Assembly: GCA_963924565.1 (NCBI GenBank)
Contig: OZ004609.1
Coordinates: forward strand, 25,854,001 to 25,918,000
Direction: 5' to 3'
DNA length: 64,000 nucleotides
Source of the DNA: Ascidiella aspersa
Taxonomy: Eukaryota
Made by a program: the position numbers and the translations under genes. The notes below the pieces were generated by a model. The model was not told the origin of the DNA. It saw nothing but the letters and a program-made list of their open reading frames with translations, and did no database searches. Of the stretch, positions 13,301 through 25,460 are shown piece after piece (the first letter of the stretch is position 1; every line of letters starts with the position of its first letter).

Positions 13301-16300
13301 CGATCTGAAAACGCGTTCGACATACTCCGGTTTTCTTTCGTTTCATGCTTCACGCTCCAAAGCGACTGCAAGAGTTATCAATGTAACCAAATTCCGCATC
13401 ACTCTCCAGCGTGTATAACCGGGTCCTAGGAAAATCCCGTCTGGTGATAACTCGTTCTGCAAAAATCAGTGACCCGCGGCCCACTATCTGGTGCAAATCA
13501 AAAACACTCAATTGGGCGGTTTAAGACGGCAACAGCCTCGATCGAACATTTGAGACAGCACGGCGATTTTGTTAATGCTGCTAAACGGATAACAGACCAA
13601 AATGTACACCAATTTTGAAAAATCTATCTAGGTACACTTGTCACGCAGTTTGATAATATAATTATTAATGACTATAGTTTATGGGGTTCGTTGGTTAGCG
13701 ACTGAGTTGCCCATGATTTTATAGCCTTTGACGAATTTACGGCGTGGTGTACGTGACCCTCCAGCCGAATCAAGTTATCGCGCACCATGTGGGTACAAAC
13801 AACACTGCCACGCTGTCATGTTCCGATCACGCCTGTCAGCAGCCCGCCGACGCAAAACGCCCTCGTTGGATTACCTCTATCGATTCCGGCCCGCCATTGT
13901 GTATGCATAATGCGATTTGACGTCGATTGTCGTCGGCGCCCCGATTCATTACGACAAAGAAAGGACCCGAACCCGGGTCCCTTCGCTCCGCGCCAAACCG
14001 GGATTCTTTCTCCCGTGCGGCTAATCACTCCGGCCTCGTCCCAACGGCATTGGTGCAACTCGTTTGCCGCGGTACGCGACCCGCTCATTACCCGCGCCGG
14101 CGTCCCGTAATAGCTTCGCTCATCAAATATTCATCCTATAATACAAAACTCTTTCGCCAAAGCGCCCAGAACGCATTATCGTTTATAAGCCCCGGGTCGA
14201 TGGCCTTTGCCGCTTTTGCTATGTAGAACTGGTCCTAATTTACCTGCCGAGGTTTTTGTTCGGCTTGAATGCGCGAAAGGCCTGCGTTCTGTCGCGCTGG
14301 CTCGTACGCTAAGTCGGCGATCTAACTTTGTTGCGATTTATTAGAGCGTAAAGCCCAATGCGTTCAGTTTTGATGTAAACACCTATAACAATGTATGCAA
14401 CCAATCAACCACGTTAACAGTCCAACTCATTTAATCGGCCCTTCATGCGTTTGACAACGTTGTAGAATTATCAGGCTTGTTTATCGTAATTGACGCTTGA
14501 GCTGGTTTGAATACAGGGATGAAGAAACCTAGACACTTGCCTTCACCCCGTAAAGTGTATTCTCGGTTTAGGCTGCTGGTTTTGCGAAGTTAAGAATTCG
14601 AAAGGAGGCAGGTGGCCCCAATTTGCGTGGAAATTCCGAGAAATCCTTACTGCACGCAACCTGGGCTTCCTTCTATTGCTGCATCGCTAAAAAACCCGGG
14701 GTATAAATTCGGCAAGCCGCACGTTTCTTCACGCAAGACTCGTCGCCCGGCATTGCCGCAGCTCAAGCAAGCGTTATCTGGACGCGAACAAGCTTTGCGT
14801 TTCAAACGCCGAAATTCCACGCGTCGGCGATTTTATGAGTGCCGCGCCCCTACCACTTGTTGGTGCTGTGAATAAACGAGTAGCCAAGGATGGTTGTCCG
14901 CGGCTATATAGATACTTTTGGAACTAGCCCATTGCCGTTTTTTGAACAGACAAAGTCCATAACGCGCCCCAGTTATGGCTAACGGCACCCCTCAAAAATA
15001 ATAAATAGATTTTCGGCACCCCGACTGAAATTTTTGTTGAATAATTTACTGAAATGTCACTATAAATGCAATTGGCACAATCAACCTAAAACACGAAGGA
15101 AAAGGTCATTTGATATAATGTTTTTTAATCGTACACAAATAGTTTTATCAAGAAGCTTACCAATTGAGCAAAAATCGGATTCTTAAAAAATCTCAAAATA
15201 CCTATCGGCACCCTTGAGCATTCGCGCCGCGGCACCCCGGTTAAGAACCACTGCCCCAAAATATGCCCGGAAATAACCAATTGTTGGTGTGCTCATGTGT
15301 CATTTGAAAGGCGGGGTTTGTTCAGAATTTTTTTTTTTAATGAACAGTTCGTTTTATTTGATGCGCCAGCAGCCCGTCATTATGGTTTCCCACCCAAGAA
15401 GCACTGGAAATGAAACAGAAAATGACAGTCTAACGATAATGTGCCATAAGTGTTGTTTTGTCGGCTTGTGATAATCCTATTGCGACCCCGGCAGGCTTCG
15501 GAGCATTCGATATTTTCAGGCACATAAAAGGATTAAAAAAAGCTTTAGATTTTTTGAAATTGTTATTCAGAAAAAGGTAATCGCAGTAATGTATTCAGAA
15601 AAAGGTAATCGCAGTAATGTGTTGGTCAGCGTTAGCGTTTTCTAAACCAAACCTGACCCAATTATGTTTTGCAACACTCCTACACCTTAACGCATTGGGT
15701 TTCTCATCGTATATTTATTATTATAACCGTAATAAAATTGTACCATGGTTGTAGAGTAGCTTTATTAGCAATAATAATAATCTGCATAAAATTAACAATT
15801 TACTAAAAGAAGTGATCAATTTTCCTACGTACACATGACCTTAGTATAGGGTTTTAATATGTGTACATTACATTCCCATGTTCAGCTTGGGCATATCTTC
15901 AGGCAAACTTTCCTATTTTCTTTACAAATGTTTATCGTCGCAATGAGCCTACTGTCGCCTAAACACAACATCGCCATTTGCCGCCTGTAATTGTTCCTCG
16001 TACATTATTTGCGGCCGAATTAGCTGCCACATCGTCTCCGAACGAGACGCCTATAAATAATTAAAATAGCCGAACAAGTAACGCTTTCACACCAGCAGCG
16101 CCACCTCGCTTTTCTCGGCTATGCGAACTCTTCGCTCGTTTAAGGATTCGCAATTTCTGGAAAGACTTTTGTGGTATGACAATAAATCGTGTTTTGTTTG
16201 CTTGGCAAATATGCAATCCGTTTTGCCTTTGCCTTTTCGTAATAATAAAAGCAAAAAAGGTTTTAGGAACCTGGCCGCTATGCGGCCGAACATCTGTCGT

Positions 16301-19300
16301 ACTATCCCTAATGAAAAATACGCTTATTTTTTTAGAAAAAATAAAATTATACTCATTAACTACCTTCTAAATTCATATATATATATTTTTTTTAAATGTT
16401 TGCAGTTTGGATCATTACAAGCCGAGTATAGTTTTTTTACAGTGCTTCTTAAACTTTTTTTAGTTTTGTTCAACCCTAGCATCTATCTCCAGATTTCATT
16501 CACCCTTGTCTCATAAAAAATGAAAAACTTAAAATTTATTTTGTTTTTGGAAATTATCACCTGTTCACTGAACAGCTTGAACACCCGGAATATCCGCCCT
16601 GCTCGCAATCTATTGTATCCAAATATCCATTTCTGCAGGTTCACCCTTTCACCCCTTTTATTTGGTTCACCCAGGCAAAGTTTGTATTTACCCTGGGTTG
16701 AACCATTCACCTGATTGAGAATCACTGGTTGTTATATACAGTTTTGTCCAAAAACAAACGTTTGGGCTTTTAGAATATTCCATAATGGATATCTTGGCAC
16801 TGAGGCCAACGATACAAACGAGACTTGCGCTTTTTGCAGGACGGCGCTGGCAGCCCTGATCGCCTTGGTCATCCTGGCCCTGGTCTACGCCAACCCTTGC
16901 ACATCCACGGCTGGCGCACAGACGGGTTCGGGCAACTCGACCAACGGAAGCAGCGCTCGCCTTTGCCAGTTCCTAGACAAGGAGGCAGGCCAGCGCTACG
17001 AGTTCATAATCGACCTCGTGTTGGCCGTCGTCTTCGTCTTCTTTCTCAACCGACACAACGAGGTAAACCATCGAGCCTTCAATGGCGTTTGATTTTTCCA
17101 GCTAAGTATTTTAGGGAGACTTTGATGGAGTTGGCGTTGACACTGCACTCCTAAAATGAAGCTACTGAGTTTTCACACGAGCTTTGCATGTCGTTTTACG
17201 TTATTTTGTTTGAAAGATTGAGGCATTGTCGATCTTATAATGTAGCTGGAACGCGATATGCATATCCTAACGCTTTATACTCAATATACACCTATATGAT
17301 AAGATAGTTTTACCCCCCCCCCTCCAGGGTATTTTTTTAACCAGAACAAAATGCTTAATCTCTAACGAAACGTAACAGCTCTTATAAAATTAAAATAAAA
17401 AAATAAAAAGTATTATTATAACATATTCATTGGAGCAATGTTTATATATTTGTAGGTGCGGACCAACATTTTCGCAAATGATACTAGTACTCGTTCTGTA
17501 ATTTAGGAAGGTATCGCACTCTGTTACAGGATTGTCATAAGTCTTTGGATCTTTAAAAGTCTTTCAATGTTTTTAATTGATTTAAAAGTTTTTCCGAAAC
17601 GTCTTTGAATTTATTTTTTGTGCAGCTTAAGTCATGTATTTAGAAAGTACCAGTAAAAAATAATTTGATTGTTTTGACCATGGCATTTGCCCTGTTTTGT
17701 TTTCAAATTATATTAAAAAAAGAACGTCCAGCGATCCAATTTTAGGTCTTTAAAAACCTTCAAATTTTCTTAGAAAAGTCTTTGAATGCCTTTGAATTAT
17801 AAATATGTGTGGTAACCCAGTGTTAACAAACCTAAACTGTGTTACTGGAATGCAAACTGAAAATGTAAAAATGAAGATCTCCTCGCCCTTACACGTTAAT
17901 AACGGCAATGACTTCAAACTAGCAATATACTTTAGACTTCCTTGTCTGAGTCGAAATCAGTCATTTATATGTTCTAGTTATTAATCAGACACGAACGTCT
18001 AAAATATAATGCTGTGTTACTGGCGGTGTATTTTGCGTTTTCTTAATATAGTTTTTTCTTGCATGTAAGAAATCCAGTGCTTGAAAAAACGCTCTGCACA
18101 CCCACGTTCGGCACCTAGGTGTGTCCGTAACGTAGCGGGCGTTTCCGTCGAGTAAGCGCACCCGCCATAAATCATCCTCATGTTGTTCCTTCTCACAGCT
18201 GGGCTACCGCCTCCACTACAGCGGTGAGCGGAAGGTGCAACGCATCCGTGAGGAGACAGAGACGCAGCACACCTACGTCGAGTGGCTGCTCGAGAACTTT
18301 ATACCGAGCCACGTCAGGGGCGCCATGAAGGTAAATTGCTGCTGCTCCTGTTTGGGGGTTTGCGGATTTAAATAAAACACACGCGCTTCATGTATTGCCA
18401 AGTGTTACGGTTCAGGCTGTTGAGAACTGAAAGTTAACAACTTGCGCCATGTGCTTTTCGCTGGCAACATATTGCGAAATTGGAAAGGAAAACAGTTACA
18501 TTGTTGCGTCATGAACATGGAAATTAAATGACGTTTCTCGCTGTAACAGTCAAGCTTTTAACAGAGGATCTCGTTTTTAACGTTTTAAAGCGCATGACGT
18601 TTATGTAGAAAACTTGACTTTACGGTCCATGTTTGATAGCCTATAACTATGCCGCAAAAAATAAATAATTGCTAAAAATGTTCTCTCTCGTCTAGTATAT
18701 TATGTAGCTTAACTAGTGTTATCACGTCCAGGCTCGCACAATTTTTCCTCTCTTAGATTCGCATCAGTGCAAGTTAAACAAGAATAAAACAAAATGCATT
18801 TTCATTTTTGCGGCCCGTTTCTTCGCCACTGCTCGTACAAACTCGCAACAATTCGGTTCGTCAAATAAAGGTTTTACGTGTTTGCTTGCAGGACAACCTG
18901 CTCTACTCGAAGACGCACAAGAAAGTAGGCGTGATCTTTGCCACCATCGTCAACTTCAACGAACTATACGAGGAGGATTACGCCGGCGGGATGGAGTTCA
19001 TCCGAGTCCTCAGCGAACTTATAGGCGAGTTAAAAACCCTTAGATCAGGGGTTCTAGAGCTTTATTTTACCTCGGAAATCAGCACGGTTGCCAAGCAATT
19101 TTCAGATATGACGTCAAAATGCCGTAATTATACAAATAGACTTCAGATATCTGCTGATTTCGAGCTAAAAAATGTGAAAGTGTAATGGAGTCTAGATTCA
19201 GTGCAAAACCGTTCTACTTTTAGTTAAATTCTTTGATAAAATTTGATTACTTCTTGAATATACACTAATATTATACACTAATATTTCCATTAGGCCCGGA

Positions 19301-22300
19301 ACTAGTTCACGAACCCCCAAGGAGTCATGGACCTCAGTTTAAGAACTCCGGCGTTAGGTGGACAGAGTAAAGCTCAGTGCGTTTTGTATTGTAATTTGTC
19401 TTGCGATTCGTCAATAGTTTGCAAAGCCTTAAGTAAAACGTACGCTTTTGGTGAGTTTCGTGCCTAGTCGTTTTTTCAAGAGGCGTCATAGTGGTCGGAG
19501 CTTCAAACGAACTTTAATCAACTTTAGCACATGCGGGGCTTTAAACAATGTAAAACGATATTCGGTACCTTTCCCTCAACTCAGATGATTTCACCTTAAA
19601 ACTTCAAATGCGCCACGACCCGCCGTGTGCGTCATCACACTCTGATATTAAAAAAGTGCTTTTCCTTTTTCGCTATACTATTGTATTATAGCATGACAAC
19701 ACTAGGATATGCTTCAGGGTTGAGCAAATAACTAGTCGAGGCAATTAAAGCTGTCTAATCGTCGGTATCGTTACTGAAACATTACAATAAGTAGTTACTA
19801 AACTGATTTTAATTACGTATTTGCTTTAATGTAATACTACACATAGCAATATACCGAATTGGCAAGTACTTGAAACATGTTTATTTGAGCAACGCGAGTT
19901 TACTTCGCCTACAATGACTCCCCCTTTTTACCCATAGTAAACCACAATACGTAGTACCTCGGGCAAAATCCCCCAAACGTGATTTTGCGCCTATGCGGAA
20001 GCTCAAAGCACGTCCTTCTACAGACGGTAATGCACTTCCGTTCGCTTTAGCCTTAGTAAAGGCACGCGAGACGCGCGTTTAAACTTTTTGATGCCTCCTA
20101 AACTGTTTTCTGTGCAACTTCTTGGTAATTTAGCTAAAAGCTAAGTAAGATTTAAATCAGATTAGAGAGTGATCTAAATCATCCATTCCTCTCTCGCGTC
20201 TCGATTTCCAATAACAATGACACCATTTCGATTGCTTGAACAAAAATAAAAAATATAATTTAAAACAGCTACTGTTACCTATTGCGAAATATCCATCCAT
20301 TAACGCGCTATTCGAACCTTTTTGTGTAAGGTCGTTAAAAGCCTTATTGTTGGACGCCGTGAGAATATACATAATTTATTTGCCACCCAATTAACTTCAT
20401 CACAAACAAAACAACAAAAAGGCTTTTAATCAAAAATATAAACTGTTTCAAAAACAATCAATAACCGGTTTTTACCTATTCCCACTCGAGGCCTGTGGCT
20501 TTATGAGCAATGAGCAATGAACATGCATTCTGTTGCCACAAACAAATGCGTTTGTTTTTCCGAGTTCCTGATATAAGGTTATAGGGAATAACGTTTGTTC
20601 TGCTGTTTCTATTTCACAAAACTCGTATAACAAGGAAAAGAAGTGGCACTGTAGACAAATTGTATTTTCACATCATTTTATCAGAACCTTATGAAGCACA
20701 GTCGTGCGAAAGCTCGTAAGTGTCACTTTTTTTAGTTTTTAATTAGGACAAATACGTCTATCAACCAAGATTCGCTTAACACGGTTGTCTTTTGCCGGTT
20801 TCAGGCGACGTCGACGAGTTGCTCAACAAGGAGGAGTTCAAAGACATCGAGAAGATTAAGACGATCGGTACCACTTTTATGCTCGCGTCAGGTTGGTTAC
20901 CTGACTACCAGAGTCAATCTGTTCCACAGTTTAGCAATAAAATGTTGATTTGAGCCGTGTACTATAGATAGCAATAGGGTACTACCCATTATACCAGTGT
21001 TTAAAGATCTGGATTTTAGTTCCTTTTTATACTCGTCTTCGGAGTACTTAATTATTAATTATAATCATTAATATTAGTGCAATATTGAAATAGAAACACG
21101 TGGATGGCCAAATGTGCCTTTGTAATTGTAAACATTTACAGTTCCATTATCTTGTTAAAAAAACACTACCTTGGACGAACCCGGCTTTGTAGTGCAGATA
21201 CAAGAATCCGTGTATTCCGATTCAATTTTCTTTATTCTAACACAATACACCGAGATTACTCCAAATTAAAGAAAAAAAAAACTGTGCTTTGTGGAATCGT
21301 GCTTTTGTTATCCTTGAGAGAGTCAAATTTGAACGGTAATTGGCGCCTTTGTGGGTCCGCCCGCGGCTTTGTCACTGACAGGAGCGCGCCTTGTCTTAAA
21401 ACGCGCTCGTTGCCAAATGACACAAAATCTGCGGCGCAGAACGTCGTGAAATATATTGGAAGTGACGCAGGGCTGCTTCGCCTCAAATAGCTTGCCGTCG
21501 CTGCGTTTCGCCGAAACTTTGCGGTGATTTTGCGTGCTGCGGCTGTCTTGACATTTCCCGACCTTTAAACGGCGCCGCGCCAAAGAGATTCGACCGATTC
21601 GGGCGATTCGCATCGCGCGGTTGTTTGCTGTTGCTGATAGCCTTTGCGTGCGTCGGTTGCCCATGCAAATAAAGGAAAGAACGTAGCACGTTAAAATCAT
21701 AATTCTTCAATACGTATTCTTTTAAGATGGAAATTATAACATTAAAGTATATAAACTCTTGCTACCAGGCATAGTAATGTTACTCAAAAAACAGCTCTTC
21801 TGGTAATTGTATTCCTTTATCAACGTTTCGGCAACGGCAAGAATAACAATTACCAGAAGAGCTGTTTTTTGAGTAATATAACATAAAAATATTTAATTCC
21901 CGACAAGTTCGTCCCGCTTCTTTAACGTAATATGTGTATAGTTAAAGATATAACTGTTTGTTTATCAATTAAAGCTTATTCTCTCTCGCTTGTTTATTGT
22001 CAATATAAAGGTCTCCACCCGGACACCGACCAAGAAACAACCGGACCAGAATCACACCTTGCGCGGCTCATGGAGTTCTGTATCGCCATGCAGGTGACTG
22101 TGAAAAAACGTTGAACTTTTAAACGATTTAATAGCTTTTCAATAAAAAAGATCTGTTATCATTTAACAAAGTAAACAGGGCCAGATGTGTGCCTTTTGGA
22201 AGATTTAACACTTGCTAATCTTACTGTCCTTGCCCTGTCCCGGTATCCCATTCTCTAGGTATTAGAAAGTATACCAGGCCACAGGTGTTTGACAGTAATC

Positions 22301-25300
22301 AAGGCCCCATATATTGGGCATAAAATGTGATCCACGTCACATAACGAGTTTTTTAGTCCCAGGGGATAATGTTGAACAGTATCCGAGGCTGCACTGGTAA
22401 AACAGTGTTCACCCGTCAAGGCTTTGACAACACCAGGGATTGACAAAACTCTGCTGTAGCAAGACCTTTTTATTAAATCTTTAGTTTTTACGAATGTTAT
22501 GTCACTTTTAATTTCTCCTCTATGGTTAACAAATTAAATTGAAACCTTTCGAAGTTTTTTGCGTGTCCGGCTGCTTTCGCTCGAGTTTGTTCACAGGGCG
22601 CAAATAACCAATTTAAAGCAAGCCTCTTTTCGCAATCGCTTTCTCTAGAACGCCGTCGATCGCTTCAACGAGAACATGCTCAACTTCCAGCTGATCCTTC
22701 GCATCGGCTTCAACCACGGCGAGGTGACGGCTGGGGTAATTGGCACCACCAAGCGCCTGTACGACATCTGGGGCGACACCGTCAACACCGCCAGTCGAAT
22801 GGACTCGACCGGCGAGCCCGGGCGAATTCAGGTGGGAAAAAAGGAGGCATTTTTTACCCAGTGCTCAACGTGGCTACAAACACTTGGCTATGAATGCATT
22901 GTCACGATTACAACTGACCCTGTATAACTCATTTGAATAAGCAGTCGATTCCAATCTGTTGACCTTACACGACCCTATTTTAGCTTTTATGCGATCCTTT
23001 ATAAACCAATGCGATCTTTTATAAACCAATGCGAGTTTTTGCGCACAACTTTTTGCTTAAAGGCACTTCCAAAAACTTCACATTGCAAAAAAAACAATCT
23101 AGAATAATTTATGTAAAAAATAATTTATTTTTTCCGTGAATCCGTTTTGTACTTGATTCCCCGCGACAATGCTAAATTTTCTCTTTTAAGCGCCGCCTCC
23201 CGATGAGTGATTGAGGGTTAGTATTTTCTAGAGGCCAATGTCGCTTTTACCCAGTTGGACAGATTCTGGTTTGCCTTTTCGAGGCCATACGGCGTTCTTT
23301 CAGTACAGATCGATTGTGACGTCAATGCATTGTCTATTACAACTCCTCCACGTATGACGTGCATTGTGCGTCAACAAAACCCAAAGAAACGATGATCGAT
23401 TTAGAGTTGCGTCGGTCCTTATTGTTACTTGCAATGTAACACAGCAGAATTGCAATGACTGATGACAAATGACTTGACTTGAGTGAACAAGTCATTATTT
23501 TAAAACGGCTTGACTTGACTCTGGTAATTTGGCAAATGACTTGATTTGAGTGAACTTACGATTTATGTATTTCGTTTGCTTTAGAATGGCGCCCCATTAT
23601 TAAACGTGACTGAGCGCATCTTCTACGTAAAATTGCTGTGTTTAGTTCTTATAAGAGCTGTCGTGACATTTTTTCAAATCAGCTATTGTGACATTTGACA
23701 AAATTAGGTTTCTTTGATTTAGCGAAGCGATCTCAAATTGTTTTATTGCGACATTCTCGATAAATTTGCTGTTTTTTCAAAGTGTCTACTTTTTGTTACT
23801 TAACTTGGGCAATGTGGTTTGCAGATATAAGGACTAGCCTTCATATTATGCAGCAAACCACATTTCCTATAAATAACTCGATTAAAGTAAAATGCTCTTT
23901 CAACAAATATTTACTTATGGCCTCAGATGCAATTAACGTACCGGACTCTATCAGATTTTATTATTGAACCGTTATTTCGTTTTTAAACTAATGGTTTGTG
24001 AAGTGGAATTCAGCGCAATGAGCATATTAAAAACAAAACATCACAATCGCTTGAAAGTAGAGCATGACATGCGACTATGCTTATGCAAAGGGATGAAAAA
24101 CCTAGTGGATACTAGACAGGCGCAATGATTTTTTTGTTCGTATATGAAAACAAAATGGGGTCGCAATGTAATTTTTTCTTTCATTTTATTCAAATTGGGG
24201 TCGCCTATAAAAAAGGTTGGAGACCACTGCTAAAGGATATAGGCCAAGGGTGGGCAAATGTAATCAATGGAAGAGCCATTTGCAGAAACTCCAAGTACCT
24301 CAGAGCCTCAAAATTATTTCAATACAAAAACTCTTAAAAAAAGGTTGGTTGCATATAATAACAGAATTGTAATATAACAAAACTTAACGGTAATAATCAA
24401 CACAATAATAATAATGCGCACAATATTTATTAAAATCAGTCTTTTGTTAACTAACTCTTCGGACTCTATGTCTAGTGATACGTGATAAACGAAATGTTAG
24501 CCTAAATAACGAAAAGAAAAAGAGAGAAACGTTTATAAACTGTACTCTTGGTAACCTTTACAATTTTGTCGAAATTTACGATTCAACTAGAAGAGCCACA
24601 AAAAACATGCCGGAGAGCCACATGTGGCTCGCGAGCCGCAGTTTGCCCACCCCTGCTATAGGCTATGTTGAAAGTGAATAAAGAGTTATTCGAAACGTTC
24701 AAAATGATACCTACTTCTGTATGGGCTTTGATATTCTTATTACTTCTTACTACAACCTCCAACCATTATGCTCCAAAGTTTTAAAGCTAAAGTCCTCAAA
24801 CCCTTCTATCTATTTTTGTCCTGGTATGAAGCAAACACAACGTGAAACAGATGTGTCATTCCGTATGATTTATTAGTTTATTTGTCATATTAAATGCGAC
24901 TTTATGTCCTTTTATAACCTAGGTTTCCGAGAAGAGCAAGTTGGCGCTGGATGAGCACTACAATTTTACCTTCCTCGCCGAAAAAAGAGTCAAAGGTTCG
25001 TTGAAGAGTTTTTGCTTTGATCTGCTATTCCAATAGTAAAAAAGTAATATTTTCGCGGGTTGACAGGTGATTGTATTTAAAGAGTCTAAATATTTTTGGT
25101 TGCAATTCGTGTCAGCGTTTGTTCGACCATTTCTAATTGACATATGCTTAAATTATCTAAGTAAAATCTGTTTCACTTTTCCATAACCAAGTAGAATCTG
25201 TTTCAATTTTCCATTTCCAAAAATAATCTACTTTCGTTGCATGCTACAACTTTTAAAACCGTACCCAAAGCGTCCAAAGAAGCCTTTCTTCTAAGAAGCT

Positions 25301-25460
25301 AACAATGTTGACCCAGCGCTCTGGAGCCGTATACGTTTAACGCCCGTTTTTTCGTATCGCAGGCAAAGGAATGATGAAGACGTACCTGATGGTGCGAGAC
25401 GACGAGTCCACCCGAAAGCTCCCCATTAACCCAAAGTTCGACTACAACCCCTTTTGCTGA
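1234..25460 (+). CDS. ADCY9: Adenylate cyclase type 9-like, 3' part (C1a, C1b, TM7-12, C2a, short tail); 5' exons lie upstream of the window
   Basis: Phase-consistent exons: 1234-1484, 1582-1739, 1861-1938, 2095-2210, 2471-2627, 2894-3003, 3331-3369, 4754-4801 (less certain), 5642-5740, 7156-7271, 8170-8329, 9725-9844, 10553-10653, 12306-12470, 16840-17062, 18199-18330, 18892-19024, 20805-20891, 22011-22093, 22649-22831, 24923-24995, 25363-25460 (TGA). AC9-type motifs: [138 protein letters not shown]. Catalytic Asp/Asp (C1) and Lys/Asp/Asn/Arg (C2) are intact. Confidence 0.95.
4291..4327. repeat. (TA)n microsatellite
   Basis: Run of about 37 nt of alternating A/T with one interruption. Confidence 0.9.
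9872..10141. mobile_element. MITE with internal (TGACT)n pentamer arrays
   Basis: Ends tagtgttgt / acaacactg; many tgacttgact/aagtca units. Related fragments near 23455-23560 and 45715-45800. Confidence 0.55.
10848..10890 (+). ncRNA. Hammerhead-like motif in a T-rich Penelope pLTR-like remnant (about 10660-11000), AC9 intron, sense orientation
   Basis: ugcc-CUGAAGA-A-GAUU-ccccacuaugu-AGUC-GAAA-C-GUU-ggua; 4-bp stem II and 4-bp stem I, each with a G-U pair; embedded in T-rich sequence. Confidence 0.5.
11400..11527 (-). mobile_element. Short Penelope-like insertion: 33-nt inverted arms enclosing a hammerhead
   Basis: Arms cttgataataaattgcaaagccaaaaaggttga (11400-11432) and tcgacctttttggctttgcaatttattttcaag (11495-11527), 2 mismatches. 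Confidence 0.6.
11432..11473 (-). ncRNA. Minimal type I hammerhead ribozyme (Penelope-like element type)
   Basis: Minus strand reads auuaa-CUGAAGA-U-GAUAC-aagcuc-GUAUC-GAAA-C-GUC-uuaau: intact core, 5-bp stem II, 5-bp stem I, GUC cleavage triplet, palindromic ACGU in place of stem III. Confidence 0.75.
15564..15619. repeat. Perfect 28-bp tandem duplication
   Basis: tattcagaaaaaggtaatcgcagtaatg occurs twice in tandem. Confidence 0.85.
17528..17820. mobile_element. Degenerate MITE with GTCTTT subterminal repeats
   Basis: Ends caggattgtcat / gtggtaacccag; repeated agtcttt(g/a)aa motifs near both ends. Confidence 0.4.
21780..21876 (-). mobile_element. Short inverted-arm element with a CGAAACGTT core remnant (truncated Penelope-like insertion)
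   Basis: About 35-nt arms ttactcaaaaaacagctcttctggtaattgtattc and gaataacaattaccagaagagctgttttttgagtaa; the spacer reads gccgttgcCGAAACGTTgataaag on the minus strand. Confidence 0.5.
24245..24655. mobile_element. hAT-type MITE
   Basis: TIRs caagggtgggcaaa / tttgcccacccctg; 8-bp TSD atataggc / ctataggc (1 mismatch); no ORF. Confidence 0.75.

Noticed and set aside
17849-17978. Helitron 3' end (CTAG followed by T)
   Set aside because: The hairpin is poor; adjacency of the second copy to a hammerhead and the flanking direct repeat fit a retroelement better.
21780-21876. Pre-miRNA hairpin
   Set aside because: No known mature miRNA recognised, and the architecture is shared with the other inverted-arm elements; small-RNA data would be needed.
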